Notes: generated from the sequence alone by a model not told the origin. A stretch of 64,000 nucleotides of DNA from Alphaproteobacteria bacterium (GCA_965214705.1 CBDCCI010000001.1:512001-576000); one strand, 5' to 3'; numbered from the stretch's first letter, positions 1 to 10,757 are shown. Numbers and translations: made by a program.

Positions 1-948
1 GACGATCAGCCTCTCGCCGGGATAGTCCGGCGTGGTCACCCGCGCGAGGCCCCAGGTGTCGAACAGGCCGGGCGTGACATGCCCCCGGTCGACGAGCTTG
101 CGGATCGAGGATGCGCGCAGCGCCGTGATCCAGTCGATGCCGTTGGGCGCGAGGTCGCGGTCGATGCGGGTCTGCGCGATCATGCCGCGGTCCCCCACCA
201 ACACCACCCGCCGGATGCCGAAGCTGTCGCGGACCTTGCGCACCTGGCTGGCCAGAGTCATCGGGTCGCCGGTGTTGCCGGCGAAGGCCTCGATCGAGAC
301 CGGACAGCCATCGCGGGTGCAGAGGAGGCCGTAGACGATCTGCGGGCGGTCGCCCCGGCGATCCCTCGAATAGCCGCGCTTCGCCATGGGGCAGGCGTTG
401 CCCTCCATGTAGCTCGAGGACACGTCGTAGAGGACGAGATCGTCCTCTCCGAGATGGCGCCGGGCGAGCTTGCGCTCGATCGCGCCCTGTCGCGCGCCCA
501 GCCAGTCCATGGCGGCGTAGAGTTCGTCGACGCTGACGCCTTCGACGCCGAGCAGGGCGGCGAGGGTGGTTGTGCCGGCCGCTCCCAGTTCGCGCTCGAC
601 GCGCAGCTTGGCGCCGGGCCGGATCAGGCGGGCGACGATCATGGCGATGACGAGGGCCCTGCGGCGATCGGGCCGGTGGAAGATGACGCGGTCGAGGCCG
701 ATGTCGCGAAGGGTGCCGAGAACGGCGCTGACGGCGCCGTGCGCCCGGCTGGCGCGCAGTTCGACGTCGGCGCTGTCGGGATTGAGGGCGGGTCCGCGCT
801 TGAGGGCGCGTTTGAGGGCTTCGATGGCGTGTTCCGGGAGGGCGGAGAGGTTGCACAGGGTGCGCTTCTTGGGTTTTCCGTCCTGCCAGTAGGACTGTCT
901 GAGGAGGTGGCAGCGGGAGTTTCCGGACCGGGTGGTTTCGATGTGCAT
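1..948 (-). CDS. IS1634-family DDE transposase, 5' part (runs off the window edge)
   Basis: Manual translation from ATG at 948: MHIETTRSGNSRCHLLRQSYWQDGKPKKRTLCNLS...LYDVSSSYMEG..CP.AKRGYSRD...QIVYGL...AGNTGD...LVGDRGM, which are IS1634 motifs. Not in the ORF track because there is no stop in the window. Confidence 0.9.
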   Translation of the reverse strand, partial: MHIETTRSGNSRCHLLRQSYWQDGKPKKRTLCNLSALPEHAIEALKRALKRGPALNPDSADVELRASRAHGAVSAVLGTLRDIGLDRVIFHRPDRRRALVIAMIVARLIRPGAKLRVERELGAAGTTTLAALLGVEGVSVDELYAAMDWLGARQGAIERKLARRHLGEDDLVLYDVSSSYMEGNACPMAKRGYSRDRRGDRPQIVYGLLCTRDGCPVSIEAFAGNTGDPMTLASQVRKVRDSFGIRRVVLVGDRGMIAQTRIDRDLAPNGIDWITALRASSIRKLVDRGHVTPGLFDTWGLARVTTPDYPGERLIV

Positions 949-1218
949 ATCGATCTGCCTAGCGAATCGCGGCAATCATATCGGAAAGGCTTGGGAATGC
1001 GGAGCAATTATCGTAACGAGAAAACTATCTACTGACTAGTATTCAGGTTTTGGTGGATGCGCCGGGACGGCGTGATCCAGCGCTGGAGCGCCGAATCGCG
1101 GCGGTTTCGGCGATCATTTCGGGAATTTCGCGCCAAACCGGGCGCTAAACTGCGCAGAAAGGGCGGAAACAGGCAAAATCCGGCCAGATCGGCAATCAGA
1201 TGCTAACGGAAGTTCGGG
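1..1218 (-). mobile_element. IS1634-family element, left end
   Basis: Transposase plus terminal CCCGAACTTCC (minus strand) abutting TTAA. The exact end is ambiguous by 2 bp with the neighbouring element. Confidence 0.7.
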
Positions 1219-1220
1219 TT

Positions 1221-1262
1221 AAGGGTTGGGCAGGCTCTCTCTCGAGAGCCTGCCCAACCCTT
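1221..1262. other. 19-bp perfect hairpin at the transposase-distal end of the IS91-like element (putative ori structure)
   Basis: AAGGGTTGGGCAGGCTCTC-N4-GAGAGCCTGCCCAACCCTT; same hairpin at 12719-12760. Confidence 0.8.
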
Positions 1263-1524
1263 TTGAACGAAGCCGCGGGCCACGAGAGGCGAAGTTGAGC
1301 TATGTGGAAAGTGCGCTGATGTCAGCGTCAGGCGGCATCCACCGGCAGCAGAGTTGCGCATAAAATCGACGCTCGCGCCGGTCTTTCGGCAGGCATGCGG
1401 GCGCACGCTGCGAGGACTGAGCGGGGTGTGAGCCGAGGGCTGTCAGCCCGGCTCAAGCGGAGACAGGTTCGGTCGTGCGTCGGCGCTTTGGCGCCGTTGC
1501 GCGGGGCCGAAGCGAGCGGGCGTC

Positions 1525-2766
1525 TCACGGTTTCCCCCTGTGGGTCGGCGGCAGCGCCGGCGGGCCGCGCGTCGAGCGGGGCTCATGGCGGCGGCGGATT
1601 TCGCGGACGAGGCGCATGACGCCGCCACAGTGGGGGCAGGCCACGGGCGCGGTGCCGATCTCGGGCTCTTCGTCGGGCTCGGCCCGAGCGCCGTCCACGC
1701 TTCCCTCGGGGGCGGCGCAGCCGAGGGCGCCGAGAGCCTGGCGTGCTCTCTCCAGCGTGCTGGCGCGGCAGCCGTTGGCGAGGATGCCGAAGTAGCGAAT
1801 GCGGTGCATGCCGTCCGGCAGGACGTGCCTCAGGAAGCGGCGGATGAACTCGTCGGCGCTCACGGTGGCGATGCCGTAGCGCGGCTTTCTCTGCCCCGGC
1901 GCCTTGGGCTTTCGGTGGCGGAAGGAGACCGTCTCGCCGTCGAAGGAGACGATGCGGCTGTCGGAGATGGCGATCCTGTGCGTGTAGTGCGAGAGGTACC
2001 GGAAGACCTGCTCAGGCCCGCGGAAGGGCCGCTTGGCGTAGACCACCCAGTCCCTGGCCCGGGCGGCGGCAAGCGTGGCGTGGAACTCGCCGGGATTGGC
2101 GAGGTGGGCGACGGTGCCGTGGAACTCCAGGTCCCCCCGGCCGTGGGCGCGGGCGAGCTCCTCGAGGAAGAGGCGGCGGAACAGGCTGCCGAGGACCTTG
2201 ACGGGGGCGAGGAAGGTGGTGCTCCCCGTCTTCCACTCGCCACTGTCTACGTCGAAGCCCGCGTTGGGCACGACCACGTGCAGGTGCGGGTGGAAGCGGA
2301 GCTTCTGATCCCAGGTATGGAGGACCGCGGTGCCGCCGATGCGCATGCCGCCGTGGCGGGGATCGGCGGCGATGGTGCGCAGGGTCTCGGCGACGGCCCG
2401 GAAGAGGATGTCGAACACCACCCTGCGGTTGCAGAAGGCAATGGCGGCAACCTCCTTGGGCAGGGTGAAGACCACATGGAAGTAGGGCACCGGCAGGATG
2501 TCCCCGGCGCGCTCCTCGCTCCAGAGGTTGGCGGCGAGACCCTGGCAGGTGGGGCAGTGGCGGTTGCGGCAGGAGTTGAAGAGCGGATGCTCGCGCCCGC
2601 AGCCCTCGCAGGCGTACATGTGGCCGCCGAGCACGGCGGTGCGGCACGCCTCGATGGCGCCCATGACCTTGAGCCGGGCGGCGTCGATGCGCCCTTTGTG
2701 GCGCTCACGGAAAGCGGCGCCGGCGCGGCGGAAGATCTCCGCCACGCCCGCGCGTTCGGCCTCCAC
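1525..2766 (-). CDS. IS91-family rolling-circle (HUH, Y2) transposase with N-terminal Zn-binding domain
   Basis: CRTAVLGGH..C..C, NSCRNRHCPTCQ, YFHVVFTLP, LHTW...HPHLH (HUH), YLSHYTHR, RIRYFG, CPHCGG. Confidence 0.95.
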   Translation of the reverse strand: MEAERAGVAEIFRRAGAAFRERHKGRIDAARLKVMGAIEACRTAVLGGHMYACEGCGREHPLFNSCRNRHCPTCQGLAANLWSEERAGDILPVPYFHVVFTLPKEVAAIAFCNRRVVFDILFRAVAETLRTIAADPRHGGMRIGGTAVLHTWDQKLRFHPHLHVVVPNAGFDVDSGEWKTGSTTFLAPVKVLGSLFRRLFLEELARAHGRGDLEFHGTVAHLANPGEFHATLAAARARDWVVYAKRPFRGPEQVFRYLSHYTHRIAISDSRIVSFDGETVSFRHRKPKAPGQRKPRYGIATVSADEFIRRFLRHVLPDGMHRIRYFGILANGCRASTLERARQALGALGCAAPEGSVDGARAEPDEEPEIGTAPVACPHCGGVMRLVREIRRRHEPRSTRGPPALPPTHRGKP

Positions 2767-2772
2767 GCGCCG

Positions 2773-3651
2773 TCAGTTGCGCAACGCTGCGAAGCCTGAG
2801 ATCGGGTGGTCGAGGCCCTCGAACATCTTGCCGGTGACGCGGGCGTAGTGACGGGTCGTGTTCGCGCTTCGATGGCCGAGCATGTCCCGGATCACCTCGA
2901 TATCGCCGCCGCGCTCGAGGAGATGGGTCGCCGCCGAATGGCGCAGGCAATGGAAGGTGTAGCTGCGGTCGAGCTCGGCAATGTCGCGCGCCCTCCTGAA
3001 GGCGGCCTGCAAGGTCTCCGTTGCGATGGGCCTGTCGAGCGAGACGCCGTAGAAGAGCCAGCTCGTCGGACGCGGCCAGATGTTCCTGTAGTAGACGCGC
3101 AAGTAGTGGATGACGATGTCCGGCAACGGTGCCATTCTCTCGGTGCCGCCTTTGCCGGAGGGGATGTGCAGCAGCTTCTTCTCCGACAGGATGTCGCCGA
3201 CCTTGATGGCCAAGGTCTCGGAGATGCGGAGCCCGCCGCCATAGCCGGTGACAATGGCAGCACGGTGGCGGAGGTCGGGTGTCGCAAGGATGAGGTGCTC
3301 GACCTCCTGCTCCGACATGTAGCGCGGCAGCTTGCCGGGCTTCTTGCGGGAGCGCAGGCCGGCGACATGGTCAGGCCAGCCGAGTGTGTCGATGTAGAGG
3401 AAGTTCAGCGCGGCGAAGGAGACGTTGGTCGTGCCCGGACTGAGCCCCTTGTCGATCCGCCCCAGGTACCACTGGCGCACCTGCTCGGCGTCGAGCTCGT
3501 CCGGCGAGGCGTCGTAGTACCTGGCCAGGTTCTTGATCTCGCAGATGTAGGCCTTGGACGTGCTCGCGGCCAGATTGGCGATGCGGAGCTGCTCCTCCAT
3601 GCGCTGGCGAAGAGGGGTGACGGTGTTCGTGTCGCACGCGGTCCCGGTCAT
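2773..3651 (-). CDS. Tyrosine recombinase (integrase) of the IS91-like element
   Basis: GLRISE, GKGGTER, HCLRHSAATHLLE, LGH, TRHY. Start chosen at the ATG behind an AGGGAG RBS. Confidence 0.93.
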   Translation of the reverse strand: MTGTACDTNTVTPLRQRMEEQLRIANLAASTSKAYICEIKNLARYYDASPDELDAEQVRQWYLGRIDKGLSPGTTNVSFAALNFLYIDTLGWPDHVAGLRSRKKPGKLPRYMSEQEVEHLILATPDLRHRAAIVTGYGGGLRISETLAIKVGDILSEKKLLHIPSGKGGTERMAPLPDIVIHYLRVYYRNIWPRPTSWLFYGVSLDRPIATETLQAAFRRARDIAELDRSYTFHCLRHSAATHLLERGGDIEVIRDMLGHRSANTTRHYARVTGKMFEGLDHPISGFAALRN

Positions 3652-3882
3652 TATCGATCTCCCTGGATCGCGACGGCGCGCCGCCGGACCGATCCGGCGA
3701 CGGTCCGTCGCAGGGGTCGATACTAACCACTGGTGATCGGGAGGCTGCTGGGGATCCGCCACCCGACGGGCGGAGCGCCACTGACGCAACCGGGAAGCGA
3801 ACGCACAGAACAAACGGCACCCGCGACGCCTCGGAAATGAATGAACTCTACGCCGCTAACTCCGCGTAGCGGCTTCGTTCAA

Positions 3883-4218
3883 GTAGGCCTTGGACGTGCT
3901 CGCGGCCAGATTGGCGATGCGGAGCTGCTCCTCCATGCGCTGGCGAAGAGGGGTGACGGTGTTCGTGTCGCACGCGGTCCCGGTCATTATCGATCTCCCT
4001 GGATCGCGACGGCGCGCCGCCGGACCGATCCGGCGACGGTCCGTCGCAGGGGTCGATACTAACCACTGGTGATCGGGAGGCTGCTGGGGATCCGCCACCC
4101 GACGGGCGGAGCGCCACTGACGCAACCGGGAAGCGAACGCACAGAACAAACGGCACCCGCGACGCCTCGGAAATGAATGAACTCTACGCCGCTAACTCCG
4201 CGTAGCGGCTTCGTTCAA
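3883..4218 (-). repeat. 336-bp tandem duplicate of the IS91-like element's left end, with a truncated integrase start
   Basis: 3883-4218 matches 3547-3882. Confidence 0.95.
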
Positions 4219-4277
4219 AGCGCGTGCAGCTGCGCCGCCCAGCGCCGGGCCGCAACATAACCACCGGCGCAACATAA

Positions 4278-4468
4278 TCGGTGAACTTCCCCGGCGCACC
4301 CGGAGGCGCGAGGCGGACGTAGAGGGATCGGCCGCGCCCGCCGTCGAGGTCGCCCGCAACCCAGTACCGGCCCCGGCGGCGTCCGTAGGGCAGGTATCGG
4401 CGGCACACCTCCTCGGCGCGCTCGGCGAGCGCGGCGGCGACGCGAGCGGCGGCGCTCACGATGCGCAC
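4278..4468 (-). pseudogene. N-terminal fragment of a plasmid/ICE toprim-primase-like protein
   Basis: AEEVCRRYLPYGRRRGRYWVAGDLDGGRGRSLYVRL...GKFTD; similarity stops abruptly after KFTD. Confidence 0.7.
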
Positions 4469-4746
4469 CTCGGGCCGGAAAAGGGACCGGCGGAGCCGGA
4501 CCTGTGAGCGGGGATGGGGCGCATGAGAGACCTCGCTGGACGCAGCATGGGACGCGCCCCCGTCCCGGCCTCACTCTTTCTCGTGGAGGAGCCGGGATGG
4601 CGGGCGGCGCGCGAAGCGCGAGCCCCGCCGTCCGGCCCTTGAGGGACTCGGATCGGGCTGCACGAAAATGGCCGGACCCGCGCGGGAGGGACGCGGGTCC
4701 GGCCATGGGGCGAGCGGGCTAGGGAAACCCGCTGCGGGGAGGGTCG

Positions 4747-5193
4747 CTAGAATGTGATGCCGTCGGCACCTGTCGAAGCGGCATCGCCGGCCGACGTAGC
4801 CTCAGCGTCGGGCGCCTGCGCACCGTTGCCGTTGGCCCCGGCGGGCTTGTCCAAGAACTGGACGCGCGAACCGGGCACCAGCAGGATCTCGGTGGAGAAC
4901 CGGTCCGAGTCCTCGCCATCCTTGCGCCACTTCCTGGTCTGCATCTTGCCCGCGACGTACACCAGCCGGCCCTTCTTCGCGTGCTTCTCCAGCATGTCGA
5001 TCAGCCCGCTCTGGAAGCTGACCACCCTGTGCCACTCTGTCCGATCCACCCGCTGGCCCGATTGGCGATCCAGATACCCCTCGTCGGTCGCCACGCTCAT
5101 ATTGGCGACGCGCCCGCCGGAGGCGAGGTTGCTGATGGTGACATCCGCACCTAGGCGGCCAATGACTTCTGCCCTGTTCAGTCCGAAACTCAT
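4747..5193 (-). CDS. ssb: Single-stranded DNA-binding protein
   Basis: LNRAEVIGRLGAD, RTEWHRVV, KKGRLVYVAGKMQTRKW, acidic C-terminus DGITF. Confidence 0.95.
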   Translation of the reverse strand: MSFGLNRAEVIGRLGADVTISNLASGGRVANMSVATDEGYLDRQSGQRVDRTEWHRVVSFQSGLIDMLEKHAKKGRLVYVAGKMQTRKWRKDGEDSDRFSTEILLVPGSRVQFLDKPAGANGNGAQAPDAEATSAGDAASTGADGITF

Positions 5194-5441
5194 CTTCGTG
5201 CTCCTTCACGTGCGAGTTCTGACGATGGTTGACGAACGGATCGATCACTCTCTTGACCTCCTCCGTTCACCCTCCTTCAAGCTCTCCCTTCCCTCTCGCC
5301 TGCGGCCCGGTCCGGCGGTGGCCGGCTTCCCGAGGGCCCCGCGGAACGCTCGGCCGGTGACCGCCGTGGTGCCGACGCCGATCCTGGATCGGGAAGTTGC
5401 CGAACGACCTGGCCCACTGCCTGTCTGCGGCAAGGCCGCGT

Positions 5442-5688
5442 TCATGCCGGCGGCAGCGCCATCAGCGGCACGTTGGAGAGGAACTCGACCTGGTCGGGCC
5501 GCAGCTTGGCGAAGGCGATGCAGGCGGCCGCCTCGGCCTCGGTCTCGAAGGTCCCCAGCTCCCGCGAGGTCTGCAACTCGATCACGGTGATCTGCGGCGG
5601 CCAGAGCACCGCCAGGTGGCGCTCGGGCGCACGGGAGTTGGACCGATACGCGCAGCGCTCACAGCGGGCTGCGCCACCCGAATGCGCC
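5442..5688 (-). pseudogene. 3' half of a Cys-rich Zn-ribbon repeat protein, split by the IS91-like element
   Basis: Joining 12765 to 5688 restores GICVDCK-AHSGGAARCERCAYR...PLMALPPA* in frame. Confidence 0.85.
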
Positions 5689-5919
5689 TTGAACGAAGCC
5701 GCTACGCGGAGTTAGCGGCGTAGAGTTCATTCATTTCCGAGGCGTCGCGGGTGCCGTTTGTTCTGTGCGTTCGCTTCCCGGTTGCGTCAGTGGCGCTCCG
5801 CCCGTCGGGTGGCGGATCCCCAGCAGCCTCCCGATCACCAGTGGTTAGCATCGACCCCTGCGACGGACCGTCGCCGGATCGGTCCGGCGGCGCGCCGTCG
5901 CGATCCAGGGAGATCGATA

Positions 5920-6798
5920 ATGACCGGGACCGCGTGCGACACGAACACCGTCACCCCTCTTCGCCAGCGCATGGAGGAGCAGCTCCGCATCGCCAATCTG
6001 GCCGCGAGCACGTCCAAGGCCTACATCTGCGAGATCAAGAACCTGGCCAGGTACTACGACGCCTCGCCGGACGAGCTCGACGCCGAGCAGGTGCGCCAGT
6101 GGTACCTGGGGCGGATCGACAAGGGGCTCAGTCCGGGCACGACCAACGTCTCCTTCGCCGCGCTGAACTTCCTCTACATCGACACACTCGGCTGGCCTGA
6201 CCATGTCGCCGGCCTGCGCTCCCGCAAGAAGCCCGGCAAGCTGCCGCGCTACATGTCGGAGCAGGAGGTCGAGCACCTCATCCTTGCGACACCCGACCTC
6301 CGCCACCGTGCTGCCATTGTCACCGGCTATGGCGGCGGGCTCCGCATCTCCGAGACCTTGGCCATCAAGGTCGGCGACATCCTGTCGGAGAAGAAGCTGC
6401 TGCACATCCCCTCCGGCAAAGGCGGCACCGAGAGAATGGCACCGTTGCCGGACATCGTCATCCACTACTTGCGCGTCTACTACAGGAACATCTGGCCGCG
6501 TCCGACGAACTGGCTCTTCTACGGCGTCTCGCTCGACAGGCCCATCGCAACGGAGACCTTGCAGGCCGCCTTCAGGAGGGCGCGCGACATTGCCGAGCTC
6601 GACCGCAGCTACACCTTCCATTGCCTGCGCCATTCGGCGGCGACCCATCTCCTCGAGCGCGGCGGCGATATCGAGGTGATCCGGGACATGCTCGGCCATC
6701 GAAGCGCGAACACGACCCGTCACTACGCCCGCGTCACCGGCAAGATGTTCGAGGGCCTCGACCACCCGATCTCAGGCTTCGCAGCGTTGCGCAACTGA
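5920..6798 (+). CDS. Tyrosine recombinase of the IS91-like element
   Basis: Same as 2773-3651 except PTSW to PTNW. Confidence 0.93.
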   Translation: MTGTACDTNTVTPLRQRMEEQLRIANLAASTSKAYICEIKNLARYYDASPDELDAEQVRQWYLGRIDKGLSPGTTNVSFAALNFLYIDTLGWPDHVAGLRSRKKPGKLPRYMSEQEVEHLILATPDLRHRAAIVTGYGGGLRISETLAIKVGDILSEKKLLHIPSGKGGTERMAPLPDIVIHYLRVYYRNIWPRPTNWLFYGVSLDRPIATETLQAAFRRARDIAELDRSYTFHCLRHSAATHLLERGGDIEVIRDMLGHRSANTTRHYARVTGKMFEGLDHPISGFAALRN

Positions 6799-8175
6799 CG
6801 GCGCGTGGAGGCCGAACGCGCGGGCGTGGCGGAGATCTTCCGCCGCGCCGGCGCCGCTTTCCGTGAGCGCCACAAAGGGCGCATCGACGCCGCCCGGCTC
6901 AAGGTCATGGGCGCCATCGAGGCGTGCCGCACCGCCGTGCTCGGCGGCCACATGTACGCCTGCGAGGGCTGCGGGCGCGAGCATCCGCTCTTCAGATACC
7001 ATGAGCACGGTGGCACCGAATCGATTCTGGCGGTTAGACAAGCTCGGAGAGAAGGCCAGCACCTTCTCTCCGAGCGGAATCGTCAACAACGGAGTGGACG
7101 GATGTCGGATGGTCCAGACACGACCGCGCTGACAGGCGCAAGTAGTAGCACGATTTATGTCGCGGTGGAGATCAGCCTCAAATCGTGGATCGTTGGCGTG
7201 CATTGCCCGGATGCCTCGGGTGGCAGCATCAGCATCCACACACTGGCTGCTGCCGACACGGCGGGACTGTTGGATCTCGTCGGGTCGGTGCGGGAACGGG
7301 TGGCGAGGGAGCTCGGCGCCCGTCCTCGGGTGATGCTGACCTACGAGGCGGGCTACGAGGGGTTCTGGCTTGCCCGCGATATCGAGCGCCGTGACGCGGA
7401 GATCGATATCTTCATGAACGATCCGGCGAGCCTGCGGGTGAACCGGCGCGCCAAGAAGAAAAAGACCGACCGTATCGACGCGAGGAGGATGGTTCGGGCT
7501 CTGAAGGCATGGGACCAAGGCGATTCGGAGGCCATGTCCTGGGTGCGCGTGCCCGATGTGGACCAGGAGGATGCCAAGCGCCTGCTGCGCGAGAGGGACA
7601 CGCTGATCAGCGAGCGTACCCGCGTCAACAACCGGATCAAAGGGCTCTTGCAGTTGCACGGCATCTTCGATCTGGCGCCGCGCAAGCCGGACTTCCTCGA
7701 ACGCCTCGCGACCGCGCGGACGGGCTATGGGGCGCCGTTGCCGCCGCGTGCGCGGGCAGAGATTGAGAGGGCGGTGGGGATGCTTCGCCTGGTTGAGGAG
7801 CATATCGAGATGATCGAGGCCGAGAAGAGGGCCCTGCTGAAGGCTGGCCGGAAAGCCCAGGACGCGACCAATCGTGACGGGACGGCGATGATCGCGGCGC
7901 TTACGCGCATCCATGGCATCGGCCTCAATGACGCCACACTGCTGGCTGGCGAGGTGTTCTATCGGGACTTCCGCAATCGCCGGGAGTTGGGCAGCTGGGC
8001 CGGGTTGACGTCGGTGCCGTGGGCGAGCGGAGATGTCGACCACGATCTTGGCATCAGCAAGGCCGGCCCCTCGCATGTCAGGAAGCACATGATCCGTAAG
8101 CGGTACGCAGACCCCATACCGGAATCTGGCTTGACTACGACGGGGATTTCTTGAGGAGCGCCGTGAGCGCGCGAG

Positions 8176-9891
8176 TCATTTTGCCTCGGGCTGGAAGTTC
8201 CACGGCAGAAGCTCCTGGATGCCCGACTGCGGGTGGCCCTTGGCGATCTTCTCGAGCGTGCTCCGCATCCAGGCGTAGGGCTCGACGCCGTTCATCTTGC
8301 AGGTCTCGATCAGCGAGGCGATGCGGGCCCAGGCTTGCGCACCCTCGTCGTTGCCGGCGAAGAGCGCGTTCTTGGCGGTGAGCTTCAGCGGCCGGATTCG
8401 GTTTTCCACCAGGTTCGAGTCGATCTCGACACGACCGTCGTGCAGGAACTCCAGCAGCCCGTCCCACTGGTTGGCGATATAGGTCAGCTTCTCGCCGAGA
8501 CGCGAGCGCGGTGAGACGCGCGAGCGCTGCTCGTCGAGCCAGACACCGAAGGTGTTCACGATCGGCGCCGACTCCTCCCAACGGATCGCGCGGCGCTCCG
8601 CCGGCGGCTTGCCCCGGATCTTCTTCTCGATCGCATAGAGCTTCGCGATCCGATTCAGACCGGCCAGCGCGATCGGCGATGCGCTCGAGTCGTATACCTC
8701 TTTCAGCTTCCGTCTTACATGCGCCCAACAGAGGGCCCGCGTCACAGGGCCTTCCGCCCGGTCCGGCCGCGCCAGGATGTTGTGGCCCGAGTAGCCGTCG
8801 AGCTGCACCGTCCCCGAAAAGCCCTCCATAAGCTCGGCGCCATACTTGCCGCCGCGGCCGGGCGCATAGCGATAGACGACGCCCGGCGGGTCCGTGCCGC
8901 TCCAGTGGCGCTCGTCACGCACAAGGGTCCACATGTAGCCCGTCTTCGTCTTGCCCCGGCCCGGGTCGAGAACGCGGATCGTGGTCTCGTCCAGACCCAG
9001 GTGATCCGACTTCTTCAGCTCATCCTCCAGGCAAGCGACCACGGGGCGCAGGTGAAACGACGCCTGGCCCACCCACGTCGCCAGCGTCGCACGGTGAACC
9101 TCGATCCCCGAGCGCTCGTAGATCTGCGACTGGCGATAGAGCGGGCAATGATCGCCGTACTTCGCGATCAGCACCTGCGCCAGAAGAGCCTCGGTGGGAA
9201 GGCCGCCCTCGACCAGAGCGGCCGGCGCCGGCGACTGCACCACCCCGCCCCCCTTGCACTTGTTGCAGGCGTAGCGGGGGCGCACGGTCTCGATGACGGT
9301 GAACTTCGCCGGCTCATAGTCCAGCCGCTCGCTGCGGTCCTCGCCGATCTTCGTCATCTCGCCGCAGCCGCAGGGGCACATGATCGTGTCCGGCTCGATC
9401 ACCTCCTCGCGCCGGTCGACCTGGGGCCCGAAGCGCACCCCGCTGCGCGACCCCCGGGAAGAGCGCCGCCGGCGCTTGCCGCCAGCCCCCTCGTCCTGCT
9501 CCTGGTCATCTGCCTCGGGCCGACCGCCGGCTTCAGCGATCGCCGCCCAAAACTCCTCGAACGTAAGCTGGCGCTCGTCCTCGCCGAGCTTCTCGGAGCG
9601 CGGACCGAACAGCGCCTTCCTGAGCTCCTTGTTGAGATGCTCAAGCCGGCTGATCTGCTCCGCGCTCTGCGCGTTCTCGGCCTCCAGCCGTGCCGCCCGC
9701 GCTTCCGCCGTCTGCCTCGCCGCCTCCGCCGCGCCGCGTGCCTGCTCCGCTTCGCATAGGGCTGCTTCCGTCGCCCGGCGCGCCGCGCGCTCGTCGTCAA
9801 GCTCCGCATGCAGGGCCGCCAGCGCCGCCGAAACCACCGCAGGCGACGGCGAACCGGCGCTGCTGAGGGGTGAGGGCGTGACCTTCGGCAT
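8176..9891 (-). CDS. tnpC: IS66 transposase TnpC
   Basis: LFGPRSEK, CPCGC, LDETTIRVL, QLDGYSG, CWAHVRRK, IDSNLVENRIRP. Confidence 0.95.
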   Translation of the reverse strand: MPKVTPSPLSSAGSPSPAVVSAALAALHAELDDERAARRATEAALCEAEQARGAAEAARQTAEARAARLEAENAQSAEQISRLEHLNKELRKALFGPRSEKLGEDERQLTFEEFWAAIAEAGGRPEADDQEQDEGAGGKRRRRSSRGSRSGVRFGPQVDRREEVIEPDTIMCPCGCGEMTKIGEDRSERLDYEPAKFTVIETVRPRYACNKCKGGGVVQSPAPAALVEGGLPTEALLAQVLIAKYGDHCPLYRQSQIYERSGIEVHRATLATWVGQASFHLRPVVACLEDELKKSDHLGLDETTIRVLDPGRGKTKTGYMWTLVRDERHWSGTDPPGVVYRYAPGRGGKYGAELMEGFSGTVQLDGYSGHNILARPDRAEGPVTRALCWAHVRRKLKEVYDSSASPIALAGLNRIAKLYAIEKKIRGKPPAERRAIRWEESAPIVNTFGVWLDEQRSRVSPRSRLGEKLTYIANQWDGLLEFLHDGRVEIDSNLVENRIRPLKLTAKNALFAGNDEGAQAWARIASLIETCKMNGVEPYAWMRSTLEKIAKGHPQSGIQELLPWNFQPEAK

Positions 9892-9984
9892 GGGCCACCC
9901 CTTAATCCGATTCGCCAATGCATGACCAGGGAAAAGTGCAGGCGGGACCGCGACCGAAATCTGCGGCCCCGCCTGCGTGCCGCC

Positions 9985-10335
9985 TCACTCCGCCGCCAGC
10001 GGGCGGCGAACCGGGCGGGCCTTCACCCGGCGCCAGTCCAGACCCTCGAAGAGGGCCTCGAACTGGCCCTTCGTAAGGCGCATCACACCATCCTCGATCC
10101 GAGGCCAGGCGAAGCGGCCCTGCTCCAGACGCTTGTAGGTCATCACCAGACCGCTGCCGTCCCACGCAAGGAGCTTGAGCCTGTCGCCGCGGCGCGAGCG
10201 GAAGATCACGATCACCCCGGAATAGATATCGAGGTCCAGCTCCCCCGCCGCCGTCGCCGCAAGCGCGTCGTGGCCGCGACGAAAATCAACCGGCCGCGTC
10301 GCCAACACGATGCGAAGCGAGGGGGCCGCGATCAT
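9985..10335 (-). CDS. tnpB: IS66 accessory protein TnpB
   Basis: PVDFRRGHDAL, FRSRRGDRLKLLAWDGSG, KRLEQGRFAWP. Confidence 0.95.
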   Translation of the reverse strand: MIAAPSLRIVLATRPVDFRRGHDALAATAAGELDLDIYSGVIVIFRSRRGDRLKLLAWDGSGLVMTYKRLEQGRFAWPRIEDGVMRLTKGQFEALFEGLDWRRVKARPVRRPLAAE

Positions 10336-10757
10336 GACGACGCCCGGCCCAGGCCCGAGGCCACCGCAACAATCCGATCGACCGCGCTCTCCACCGGAAG
10401 GCGAACGACCACGCCTAGCGCCTCGATCGCCACCGTCCGCTCGGACGTCACGCTATCAACCACCACGGGAACAAATGGCGGTGCAGAGCCACCAATCCGA
10501 GCGCCCGGAAGAGTTCCCTCCCGCGCGCGCCGCCGCCACTTGGTCAGGGTCGTATCGCTGACGCCATGGCGGCGCGCGACCGCCGCAACCGAAGAGCCCG
10601 GCTCAAAGCTCTCCGAGACAATCCGCGCCTTCTCATCGTCCGGCCAGCGTCGCATGGGGGCCGGCTCAGACGGAGCCGGGGCGGCTCCCTCAGAAGCTGG
10701 GATCTCAACCGAAGCAACAGCGACACCGTCGCCAGATGCCAAAATCGAATCTGTCAT
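10332..10757 (-). CDS. tnpA: IS66 accessory protein TnpA (HTH)
   Basis: RRWPDDEKARIVSESFEPGSSVAAVARRHGV...LTKWRR. Confidence 0.9.
   Translation of the reverse strand: MTDSILASGDGVAVASVEIPASEGAAPAPSEPAPMRRWPDDEKARIVSESFEPGSSVAAVARRHGVSDTTLTKWRRRAREGTLPGARIGGSAPPFVPVVVDSVTSERTVAIEALGVVVRLPVESAVDRIVAVASGLGRASS

Larger units (their letters stand above)
1217..3882 (-). mobile_element. Integrase-associated IS91-family element, intact copy (2,666 bp)
   Basis: Near-identical inverted copy of 5689-12764 once nested IS are removed. Ends TTGAACGAAGCCGC...CCCTTAACC. Confidence 0.9.
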
